Below, piece by piece: positions 18,854 through 25,956 of a stretch of 39,236 nt of DNA. The position numbers and the translations under genes are program-made. Below the pieces are notes generated by a model. That model made no database searches, was not told where the DNA came from, and worked only from the letters and a program-made list of their open reading frames with translations. Source of the DNA: a virus; IMG/VR virus record IMGVR_UViG_3300028453_000006; one strand, given 5' to 3'. The number at the start of each line of letters is the position of its first letter. Positions within the stretch are counted from its first letter, which is position 1.

Positions 18854-18856
18854 CGC

Positions 18857-19105
18857 TTACTCCTTCACAATTGTAATATTGCAGCCTTCAATAGTTCGCC
18901 CATCTGTTGTTTTAATCCAAATTCCTTCGTCTCCGTAGCAATCATAGTCTTTGACCTCTACACGCTCCCAACCACAATTCTGCTTATCAGTTGGTATGTA
19001 AGCGTACGTGCCATGACTTGCCGCGCTTCCACTTTCTGAACACCCAACAAGACCAATTACGGTCAACACTAGACCGACTAGCATTATTAGTGTTTTATTC
19101 TTCAT
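18857..19105 (-). CDS. Small putative lipoprotein (82 aa)
   Basis: ATG at 19105 after GGAGG. Signal peptide MKNKTLIMLVGLVLTVIGLVGC carries a lipobox-like LVGC. Confidence 0.65.
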   Translation of the reverse strand: MKNKTLIMLVGLVLTVIGLVGCSESGSAASHGTYAYIPTDKQNCGWERVEVKDYDCYGDEGIWIKTTDGRTIEGCNITIVKE

Positions 19106-19271
19106 CGTCTTCCTCCAAAATTTCAATCCCTACAACTACCCCTCTGCCTTTATCCGTGTAAAAAATAACATCGTTTCCGTTGAGAAAGTGAGGCAAAATT
19201 TCCTCATAAGCTTTTCTGCTATGCTCGCAAATAAGTGTTTGCTTATTGTCCAGTCTATACGCAACTTTCAT
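19095..19271 (-). CDS. Hypothetical protein (58 aa)
   Basis: Start moved to the ATG at 19271, which overlaps the upstream stop (TGATG). Confidence 0.5.
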   Translation of the reverse strand: MKVAYRLDNKQTLICEHSRKAYEEILPHFLNGNDVIFYTDKGRGVVVGIEILEEDDEE

Positions 19272-19705
19272 CACGACTCTCTTTCTATCTTTTGAGCACG
19301 TTCTAACCAATATTGACGTGAGACCTTGCGCTCAAGCGGTGTCATCTTGTGGCTTTCAATGTCACTATAGTAGACTTTCTTAGCACTCTTTTTTATCTTC
19401 TTGACGTCAATCACTCCAAGTTTTATGCGCTGTTTCAGCTGATAATAGCTCAAATCCCACTCTCTACACACTTCTGTGTAATGACCAGTGAATTTTCTTC
19501 CAAGTGCCTTGTCATTGAATTCATACGCATCATGTGGTTTTCCATTCTCTTTAGAACCTACTTCCTTTTTGGTGACACGACCCTTGTAGACCCTTTTGTA
19601 AATCGTCCGAGAAAGCACACCAACTTTTTTAGCGTATTCTTCAATAGTTCCTGTAAATGTTTCGTTGGTTGAATTATCAGTAAATTCATACACTTTAACA
19701 ATCAT
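19271..19705 (-). CDS. Hypothetical DNA-binding protein with two NUMOD1-like HTH modules
   Basis: ORF track. Has an internal repeat: YEFTDNSTNETFTGTIEEYAKKVGVLSRTIYKRV versus YEFNDKALGRKFTGHYTEVCREWDLSYYQLKQRI. Confidence 0.55.
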   Translation of the reverse strand: MIVKVYEFTDNSTNETFTGTIEEYAKKVGVLSRTIYKRVYKGRVTKKEVGSKENGKPHDAYEFNDKALGRKFTGHYTEVCREWDLSYYQLKQRIKLGVIDVKKIKKSAKKVYYSDIESHKMTPLERKVSRQYWLERAQKIERES

Positions 19706-19953
19706 TGCTTAACCTCGCTTTCTTGTGTTCCGCCCCAGTTGTCAGCGTGATAAATAATTACTTGATTTTCTAATAGAGTCCTGTTCTGCTCTCTGAGCTC
19801 TCTATTCTCTTGTTTTAATTTATCCATTTCTGGCTCATAATTATTCATCGTATGAACACACCCTAACACGTATACAATGCTCAATAGCGAATATAGTGCT
19901 ATTCCAACCAGTAAAATATCCCAGATGTGGTTTTTAATTATCTTTACGAACAT
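19702..19953 (-). CDS. Membrane/coiled-coil protein (83 aa)
   Basis: ORF track. N-terminal TM segment ILLVGIALYSLLSIVYVLG. Confidence 0.55.
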   Translation of the reverse strand: MFVKIIKNHIWDILLVGIALYSLLSIVYVLGCVHTMNNYEPEMDKLKQENRELREQNRTLLENQVIIYHADNWGGTQESEVKQ

Positions 19954-20059
19954 TCATTTTTACCTCAATCGGTTTGTTTTTAATTCCTCTCAAGACACGG
20001 ACATTGATAGCTATTGCTGTCAAACTTAATATGATGGCTATTACGTCAAAAATATTCAT
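19934..20059 (-). CDS. Small hydrophobic protein (41 aa; below the ORF-track cutoff)
   Basis: My own translation, MNIFDVIAIILSLTAIAINVRVLRGIKNKPIEVKMNVRKDN, preceded by GGAGG. Confidence 0.45.
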   Translation of the reverse strand: MNIFDVIAIILSLTAIAINVRVLRGIKNKPIEVKMNVRKDN

Positions 20060-20060
20060 T

Positions 20061-20402
20061 CTAACCTCCGTAAATCAAATACACAGCTGCTTCCATTTGA
20101 GCTAACCCACTGGCAAATCCAATCCAATCAGAAAATTCTTGCGACATCGGTAACCAGTCTTTAGTAGCTCCCCAATCATAGTCATCTGGTTTTTCTTTGC
20201 TAAAAATACAATCCAAACAACCCAAAAAAGTCATTCCGTCTTCCATCATTTCAGAAAAATAGTCAATTCGTTTTTTTACTGCTGGTGGTAATTCGTGAAC
20301 TGGCGGAACAACTTTACCGTCTTTAATGCCCCACTTATAAATCCCTTCCATTTTAATATCAATTGCATCTTTCATTTTCTTTGTTAGTCCTTCTGAATAC
20401 AT
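20061..20402 (-). CDS. Hypothetical protein (113 aa)
   Basis: ORF track. Confidence 0.6.
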   Translation of the reverse strand: MYSEGLTKKMKDAIDIKMEGIYKWGIKDGKVVPPVHELPPAVKKRIDYFSEMMEDGMTFLGCLDCIFSKEKPDDYDWGATKDWLPMSQEFSDWIGFASGLAQMEAAVYLIYGG

Positions 20403-20413
20403 ATTACTCTCCT

Positions 20414-21148
20414 TTACACGCTCAAAGATAACTGCTTGTTAGCTTGCTCAATTTCTAGACGCAAGTTTGTTTGTGGTTGCCACTGTTTCCAATAATCGTA
20501 AGCACGATCAATATCTTTTTTCTTCAATAAGTCGTAGCGTGGGATTTTAAACAGCTCTTTGAAATCTTTAGCGGCTTGACAAAACACCTTCTGTCTTAGC
20601 TTGCTATCAGAATACGCTGGCGCATCATAACCGCCCAAGCATTTAACTACTGCCTTGTTACGTTCTTTGGTCAAATCCTGGTTGATTGACGGATTGACTG
20701 GCTGTTCTTCTTTCAAATAGACAATATCGCCACGCATCTCAGCTTGTTCTGCTTTGATTTCTTTCTGTGTTTGAAACAATTGGATAAATGCATCCTCTGC
20801 TGTCAAAGCGTTTTGAGTAGGAGCAATATAAGCGCCGTGTTTGCGAATGGCTGGTAACACCTCATCTGTCACCCAGTCAGCAAATTTTTCAGCTTCTGGC
20901 TTGCGTGATTGAAAAACCAACTTGTAGAAATTGCTTTCGTTAATGAAATTAGCTTTCTGGACACCTCCATTTGTAAGGAGGTCGGTAATAACTACCCCCT
21001 TTGGATTTAATCGTGATGCCGCATCTTTATGGTTCTTGATATCTAACACACGACAACAATCTTTAAGATTAAAATAAAATTCATCCTCAATTGTTACTGT
21101 ACGCACTTGACCAAATTCTTCATTATTGAATACTTGTACATCCATCAT
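20414..21148 (-). CDS. Bro-N domain antirepressor-like protein
   Basis: ORF track. N-terminal FGQVRTV...FNLKDCCRVLDI...ESNFYKLVFQSRKPEAEKFADWVTDEVLPAIRKHGAY matches the Bro-N signature. Confidence 0.8.
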   Translation of the reverse strand: MMDVQVFNNEEFGQVRTVTIEDEFYFNLKDCCRVLDIKNHKDAASRLNPKGVVITDLLTNGGVQKANFINESNFYKLVFQSRKPEAEKFADWVTDEVLPAIRKHGAYIAPTQNALTAEDAFIQLFQTQKEIKAEQAEMRGDIVYLKEEQPVNPSINQDLTKERNKAVVKCLGGYDAPAYSDSKLRQKVFCQAAKDFKELFKIPRYDLLKKKDIDRAYDYWKQWQPQTNLRLEIEQANKQLSLSV

Positions 21149-21360
21149 TTGAACACCTCTTCACCGTTTCTAAGCATATTGTTAGCTAAAACATGACTTG
21201 TAATTTGTCGCTGAGTTTCTGGATCTTGATAATATTTTAAAGTTGCTTGATAAGCTTGTTTAGCCTCTGTGATTTTCTTATTTGCCCATTTAGTAAATAG
21301 CGCTAGATACGTAAATCCTAAAATTCCAAATAAGATTACAATAAACTGCTCTTGTGTCAT
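21145..21360 (-). CDS. Small membrane protein (71 aa)
   Basis: ORF track. One TM segment (FIVILFGILGFTYLALF). Confidence 0.55.
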   Translation of the reverse strand: MTQEQFIVILFGILGFTYLALFTKWANKKITEAKQAYQATLKYYQDPETQRQITSHVLANNMLRNGEEVFK

Positions 21361-21584
21361 TTGCCATTCTCCTCAAATAATTTCTCAAATTCTCGTGTAA
21401 TATTTCTCATTCCAAAAGCTTCAGATGCTCTGAAATAGAAATCTTTATCATGTATTTTCTTGAGATATAACTGTTCTCTACATCCTGGACAAGAAACTGA
21501 TTTTCTATGATTTTTAATCTTCAAAATCGTGTACGTCCCACAAAACGGACACATTACTTCTGCCTTAACTCGTTCTTCTTTCAT
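21357..21584 (-). CDS. Zinc-ribbon protein (75 aa)
   Basis: ORF track. Contains CPFC...CPGC. Confidence 0.6.
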   Translation of the reverse strand: MKEERVKAEVMCPFCGTYTILKIKNHRKSVSCPGCREQLYLKKIHDKDFYFRASEAFGMRNITREFEKLFEENGK

Positions 21585-21593
21585 GCCACACCT

Positions 21594-22148
21594 CTAAAAT
21601 GGTAAATCGTCTTCGTTGATATCCATAGGGCTAGAGTTCCCAAAATTTCGGCTAAAATCAGGATTAGTCTGCATTGATTGACCTTGGAAAAAGCTTGTCT
21701 GTTGCCCTTGTGGTTGTCCAAAATTCCCTTGATTTGGATTTTGATAGCCATTATTTGGATTTTGTGGCTGTTGATTTTGGAAATTGCCACTATTTTGGAA
21801 ATTGCCTTGGTTCTGATAACCTTGATTTTGCCCAAAATTGCCATTGTTACCATTATTTTGGTTTTGAGCTGGCGCATATCCATTGATTGCATCGATGATA
21901 ATTTGTGGGTATTTATTGCCTTCGTGCTCATTTTGACGATAGCGACCTGTAATAGTCACCAAATTTCCGACATTGTCATATAGGACATTTCCTAGCTCAC
22001 CGAAAGCAATTACTTTGATGTAGCCATGTTTGTAATTGCCATCTTCACCTTTACCATTGGCAAAGCTCATGCTTGCTGTTGTAAAGTTTTGATCGTGCTT
22101 GTTGTATTCATTATTAAAGTTGATATAACCTTTATTCGTTACTTCCAT
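21594..22148 (-). CDS. ssb: Single-stranded DNA-binding protein with a long Q/N/G-rich linker
   Basis: ORF track. C-terminal acidic tip INEDDLPF. Lies next to the ERF/DUF1351-like genes. Confidence 0.8.
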   Translation of the reverse strand: MEVTNKGYINFNNEYNKHDQNFTTASMSFANGKGEDGNYKHGYIKVIAFGELGNVLYDNVGNLVTITGRYRQNEHEGNKYPQIIIDAINGYAPAQNQNNGNNGNFGQNQGYQNQGNFQNSGNFQNQQPQNPNNGYQNPNQGNFGQPQGQQTSFFQGQSMQTNPDFSRNFGNSSPMDINEDDLPF

Positions 22149-22290
22149 TGTCGTCCTCTTTCCTATTTCTTACACTACTTGTAAACAATAACGCTAAGAA
22201 CATCCATAGCGGCTGTTTGAAATAAACAGCGATGAATGCACATACAAGCAAAGCACCAACATCGTGTAATAGCCAAGCTAACCAAATCAT
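22132..22290 (-). CDS. Small membrane protein (52 aa; below the ORF-track cutoff)
   Basis: My own translation: MIWLAWLLHDVGALLVCAFIAVYFKQPLWMFLALLFTSSVRNRKEDDNGSNE. Its start overlaps the upstream stop. Confidence 0.4.
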   Translation of the reverse strand: MIWLAWLLHDVGALLVCAFIAVYFKQPLWMFLALLFTSSVRNRKEDDNGSNE

Positions 22291-22454
22291 TCAACTTCCT
22301 CCACTTCTCTAACTTCTAACTCGTGCACGCCAAATTTTAAAAGTGGCGCATATCTCTCATTAAATTTAATCGCTGCTGCATATGGATTAGAAGCCTCTAC
22401 TTCAGCCCCTAAATCCAATGCCGCAATTTTTCCGCTGACGTAATATTTTTTCAT
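22287..22454 (-). CDS. Hypothetical small protein (55 aa; below the ORF-track cutoff)
   Basis: My own translation: MKKYYVSGKIAALDLGAEVEASNPYAAAIKFNERYAPLLKFGVHELEVREVEEVE. ATGA overlap with the upstream gene. Confidence 0.45.
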   Translation of the reverse strand: MKKYYVSGKIAALDLGAEVEASNPYAAAIKFNERYAPLLKFGVHELEVREVEEVE

Positions 22455-23464
22455 CCTTCAAACCCCATTTCCATGATCATGTTTTGTTGTTCATACTTAA
22501 TGCCATTCATCTCCAAGAAATCTTTAAACATTTTGGCTTGTTTAACACCTCCAGGAAACGTCAAACGCAAATCAAGTGTCAACGCTTTGTCAGGCTCAAA
22601 TTTTGGCTCATTTTCAGCCGTGTTTTGTGTCTCGGGTGTAATTGTATTACCTTCCAAAATCTCTCCAGTTTCAGCGTTATATGCCTTAATTTGAGAGTTA
22701 GCATTTTCTTGCGCTAGACGTTCAATCTCCGCTTTACGTTCAGCCTCTGCTTTAGCTCGTGCTTCCGCTTGCTCTTTACGTAAAGCAATAGCATCTCTAT
22801 CAGATTTCATGATTTTAAGAACATCAACAAGTGATTTTCCATCTTCAAGATAGCGAACATAAGCATCTGGAAGTAATTCATAATCTTTAGCTTGTTCAAT
22901 GATTGTCTCTTTACTTTCTTCAAATTCACGTACAGCTTTGTATTCTTCCAAGACAATCTGATCAATTTCCTCAAGCGTTGCTGTTTTAAGTTCAAATTTG
23001 CCTGCTTTAAAGTATTTCTTCAAGCTATATGAATTGTATTTATCCTCAAAAGTTGATTTATCCAGTTGAGCTAGTTCGCATTTTTCTTCAAAAGCAGCAC
23101 GTACTGCGTCAACTCGTAGCAATCGCTCTTGTTCGTCGATTGCATTAAGACCTGCCGTGATGTTGTCAATTACTTCGTCAAGCGGTTTGATTGTTTGGTC
23201 ATACCATTTTTTAAACTCTTTGTATGGCTCGCTGATAACCGAATTAATTTCTTTGCGTCGTGCTTCAAGCGCTTGTTTTAGCTTGTTCAAACGTGTACGC
23301 TCTTCGTAGTCAGCTTTGTAAGTTGCTGCTGTCACTTCATAGTCAGCATATTGAGCAACTACTGCACTTAGCTGACGCTCTACTGCTTCATAATCTACTT
23401 TGATTTCCGCTGGTTTAAATTCAACATTGATTTCTGTTAGTGCATTATTTGTTACGTCTTTCAT
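22451..23464 (-). CDS. DUF1351-like coiled-coil protein (recombination module accessory)
   Basis: ORF track. A 337-aa protein between ERF and SSB, as in many streptococcal and lactococcal phages. The family is recalled, not searched. Confidence 0.65.
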   Translation of the reverse strand: MKDVTNNALTEINVEFKPAEIKVDYEAVERQLSAVVAQYADYEVTAATYKADYEERTRLNKLKQALEARRKEINSVISEPYKEFKKWYDQTIKPLDEVIDNITAGLNAIDEQERLLRVDAVRAAFEEKCELAQLDKSTFEDKYNSYSLKKYFKAGKFELKTATLEEIDQIVLEEYKAVREFEESKETIIEQAKDYELLPDAYVRYLEDGKSLVDVLKIMKSDRDAIALRKEQAEARAKAEAERKAEIERLAQENANSQIKAYNAETGEILEGNTITPETQNTAENEPKFEPDKALTLDLRLTFPGGVKQAKMFKDFLEMNGIKYEQQNMIMEMGFEG

Positions 23465-23476
23465 TATTTATCTCCT

Positions 23477-24151
23477 TTACAAGTCGTTAAAATTAATTTG
23501 ATTTGGATTTGGATTTTGTTGTGGCATCAGTGATTTGATGTAATTTACCACTTCGTTAAAATATCCGCTTGGAACAGCTCTAAAATCGTTGATGTTGTAA
23601 CGAACCAAAATACCACTTGCTACAATATCTGGGTTTTGGTTAGTCATCTGTGCAAGCTGATTGATGCCGTTATAAATCTGCTGCAATTGATTATCATTGA
23701 TGTATTGCGTTTGCTGTTTTGTGTTCGTGCCCTGCTTTTGCTGTTTCTGATATTCATTCGTATCAGCATCTTTAGCATCATCAATTAAGAAAATACCGTT
23801 TAAGGCATATTTTCTGGCATAGCTTGACGCTGCTCCTGTTATCTGAGATGCATCCATACCTTTTTTCTTTTCTTCCTCACGGGCTCTTGCCTCAACCGTA
23901 ATTTTTTCGCCTGTACTTACATCAACAAAATCAAATGTAGCTACTAGATAATATCTATCGCCAACTTGCTCAATGACATCTTTTCTAAAGAAAGCTGTAC
24001 ATTCGTTTTCCCACAACAATGGCTTTATAGCGTTCAAAATATCCTCAGCATTCCTGTAGCTATAGCCTCCAAATTTGTTATATTGACCTTTAGGAACGTT
24101 TAAAACTTTTTGGATATTAAGGAGTTTTTTATAAATCGTTACATTTTCCAT
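23477..24151 (-). CDS. ERF-family single-strand annealing protein
   Basis: Start moved to the ATG at 24151 after GGAGG. Contains ...YSYRNAEDILNAIKPLL...QITGAASSYARKYALNGIFLIDD... Confidence 0.8.
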   Translation of the reverse strand: MENVTIYKKLLNIQKVLNVPKGQYNKFGGYSYRNAEDILNAIKPLLWENECTAFFRKDVIEQVGDRYYLVATFDFVDVSTGEKITVEARAREEEKKKGMDASQITGAASSYARKYALNGIFLIDDAKDADTNEYQKQQKQGTNTKQQTQYINDNQLQQIYNGINQLAQMTNQNPDIVASGILVRYNINDFRAVPSGYFNEVVNYIKSLMPQQNPNPNQINFNDL

Positions 24152-24165
24152 TCCTGGTCCTCCAA

Positions 24166-24285
24166 CTATTCTTCTTTCCAACGATCATAAGCCTCGTCTT
24201 CATCGCCCTGAAATACTTCTTCATGGTCCTCATACGTGCTTAACCAATTATCATAGTCAAAGTCACCAAATAATCCATGTGTCAT
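24166..24285 (-). CDS. Small acidic protein (39 aa; below the ORF-track cutoff)
   Basis: My own translation: MTHGLFGDFDYDNWLSTYEDHEEVFQGDEDEAYDRWKEE. ATGA overlap with the upstream gene. Confidence 0.4.
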   Translation of the reverse strand: MTHGLFGDFDYDNWLSTYEDHEEVFQGDEDEAYDRWKEE

Positions 24286-24512
24286 TTATTCACCTCGACA
24301 GCTTGCATTAAGTAGTAGCAAGTCTTTAAACCATAATCAATGCGAACGATGTCGTTAGCTTCATTGTATTTCTTATCCCACTTTGGCTTATCAATTGCTG
24401 AATTAATAGCTACATCACGTTTTAGTGCCTTAACAGCATCTTTGATGTTATCGTAAAATCCAACGTGAAACTTGCGGTGACCGTTGACAACGTGTAATAG
24501 TTCGATTTTCAT
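24282..24512 (-). CDS. Hypothetical protein (76 aa)
   Basis: ORF track. Confidence 0.6.
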   Translation of the reverse strand: MKIELLHVVNGHRKFHVGFYDNIKDAVKALKRDVAINSAIDKPKWDKKYNEANDIVRIDYGLKTCYYLMQAVEVNK

Positions 24513-24784
24513 TAATCTTTATCCTCGTCAAAATTTGCTTTCAACTCTTCCAATTTAACCTTGAACGCTTCTTCAGCATCCGCTCCATTTAAAACATCTT
24601 CTAAAACTTCAGACAGTAGCAAGAAACCGTCAAGCATTCCTTTTTCTGCATCATTAAGATTGACCATGCCAACCATGTCGCCGAATTTTCCAATAGCGAC
24701 GATATGAGTAATCTCGGTTTTAAGCTCTTTTACTCGTTCAAGTGTTTTGTGTTCATCTAAAATTGTTTGTTTTAAATCTGCCAT
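24512..24784 (-). CDS. Hypothetical acidic protein (90 aa)
   Basis: ORF track. Confidence 0.6.
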   Translation of the reverse strand: MADLKQTILDEHKTLERVKELKTEITHIVAIGKFGDMVGMVNLNDAEKGMLDGFLLLSEVLEDVLNGADAEEAFKVKLEELKANFDEDKD

Positions 24785-24793
24785 TGTGTTCTC

Positions 24794-25183
24794 CTATTTT
24801 TGAAATTCTCTGTACAAGCTAATTTGGTGCTCTCTGCTTTCCTCGTCATCGTCCCAAAGCTCAGCAGCTGCTATCAGCATTTCCAGGAAGTCGTTATCAA
24901 CCTCAACTGGTTTACTACTTCCTTGCTTTAGCTGTTCAGCAGCTCTCAACTGCTCAACGTTTGTAATACCTTGCGAACGCATGCGAACTAGGATACCGAC
25001 AACATAATTTAGAAACAGTTTTCCGTTTCTAACAGATATCTTCAAAGCCTCGTTGATTAATTCAATAGAGTAGCCGTCTTCTTTAACAAGCTTTTGGATA
25101 TCTTCCAATTCAAACGGTGAAAGCATACGACCAAAATTAGCTTCAAAATTATTAATAAGTTCCTTTAAGTCCATAACACCCAC
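24794..25183 (-). CDS. DnaD/DnaB_2-domain replication protein
   Basis: ORF track (the ATG at 25174 is the more likely start). Contains LSPFELEDIQKLVKEDGYSIELINEALKISVRNGKLFLNYVVGIL. Confidence 0.75.
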   Translation of the reverse strand: MGVMDLKELINNFEANFGRMLSPFELEDIQKLVKEDGYSIELINEALKISVRNGKLFLNYVVGILVRMRSQGITNVEQLRAAEQLKQGSSKPVEVDNDFLEMLIAAAELWDDDEESREHQISLYREFQK

Positions 25184-25193
25184 TTATTAATCT

Positions 25194-25323
25194 TTAGTAA
25201 TTATTTATTATTAGTAGTTATTTATTGTTAGTAATTATTAGGTGGTGATTTCTCAACTTTGAGAAACTCAACTTTGAGAAACTCAACTTTGAGTTTTCTA
25301 CATTTGAGTTTTCTACATTTGAG
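25194..25323. repeat. Putative origin of replication: three AT-rich 17-bp tandem repeats plus five 15-bp iterons
   Basis: TTAGTAaTTATTTATT-type units at 25194-25240. CTCAACTTTGAGAAA x2.8 (25252-25293) and TTTTCTACATTTGAG x2 (25294-25323). Lies between the winged-helix and DnaD-like genes. Confidence 0.7.
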
Positions 25324-25609
25324 TCAGCTCGTTATCTAGCTGTTGTTTTAACTGCTCAAAGATTTCATCAGTAATTTTCCTATCAGCACAAAACCTAAAG
25401 TAAGATATCCCGCTTTTATCACCTAGTCCTTTTCTGTAAGTTCTTATGTATTGATGTTCTTCAAGCTCTTTTAAACCAGTCCTAACAGCTGAAACTTTGT
25501 CTTTTGATCGTTTCGCTATTTCTTCTGGATACACTCGCCAATTTTCTTTATTTCTTAAAATGACCATCAGTATTCCTTTGGCTTTAAAAGAAAGCTCATC
25601 ATCGTCCAA
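25313..25609 (-). CDS. Winged-helix DNA-binding protein, replication initiator/replisome-organiser N-terminal-like; the 5' end is anomalous (see findings)
   Basis: ORF track (TTG start with no RBS). Contains ...LSFKAKGILMVILRN...VSAVRTGLKELEEHQYI. The frame stays open upstream to the TGA at 25669. Confidence 0.65.
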   Translation of the reverse strand: MDDDELSFKAKGILMVILRNKENWRVYPEEIAKRSKDKVSAVRTGLKELEEHQYIRTYRKGLGDKSGISYFRFCADRKITDEIFEQLKQQLDNELTQM

Positions 25610-25666
25610 GAACTCATTGCTAACAGCTGTATAACTTGATGTTGTATTTCTGAAATATGTACTGCA

Positions 25667-25837
25667 TCAGCTTGCCTCCTGAGCTCTCTTGACTGATAAA
25701 ATCGTTCTATAAACAGAATGTCCAGCTGGGATTGTGAATGTTGACGGTTTAAACTCAACAAGTTTCACTTTGCCATCTTCGTTTATTTCACGATAACAAG
25801 TGACTTTCGGTTTCCATTGTTCTTTTTTTCGTTTCAT
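25667..25837 (-). CDS. Hypothetical basic protein (56 aa), first gene of the early operon
   Basis: My own translation: MKRKKEQWKPKVTCYREINEDGKVKLVEFKPSTFTIPAGHSVYRTILSVKRAQEAS. Its stop overlaps an ATG (TGATG) that is preceded by AGGAGG. Confidence 0.55.
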   Translation of the reverse strand: MKRKKEQWKPKVTCYREINEDGKVKLVEFKPSTFTIPAGHSVYRTILSVKRAQEAS

Positions 25838-25870
25838 GTTAAAATATCCTTGTAAATGTTTATGTTTGTT

Positions 25871-25906
25871 CCTGACTAATCGCTGTTAGTCGGGTTTTTT
25901 GTTTTT
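25871..25906 (+). terminator. Terminator-like hairpin, functional only in the plus direction
   Basis: CCTGACTAA-tcgctg-TTAGTCGGG followed by T6GT5. Confidence 0.45.
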
Positions 25907-25907
25907 A

Positions 25908-25932
25908 AAAAGTTGTTGTTTTCGAAACTTTT
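25908..25932. promoter_or_regulatory. Distal operator-like dyad O4 (AAAAGTT-N11-AACTTTT)
   Basis: Same 7-11-7 dyad as at 26277-26301. Lies just downstream of cro. Confidence 0.6.
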
Positions 25933-25956
25933 GTTTTAAAAAAAATTAGGTTCACT

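Noticed and set aside
21581-21983. ORFs 21581-21931 (-), 21674-21886 (+) and 21678-21983 (+)
   Set aside because: These are alternative frames of the Q/N-rich low-complexity region of the SSB gene. Only the SSB frame has the conserved DDLPF tail and an RBS.
25252-25323. Tandem 15-bp repeats considered as a CRISPR-like array
   Set aside because: The units are directly adjacent with no spacers and are far shorter than CRISPR repeats. Their position between replication genes fits iterons.
25567-25761. A 64-aa ORF on the minus strand
   Set aside because: It is an alternative frame overlapping both the 56-codon early ORF and the winged-helix gene. It has no RBS and its composition looks non-coding.
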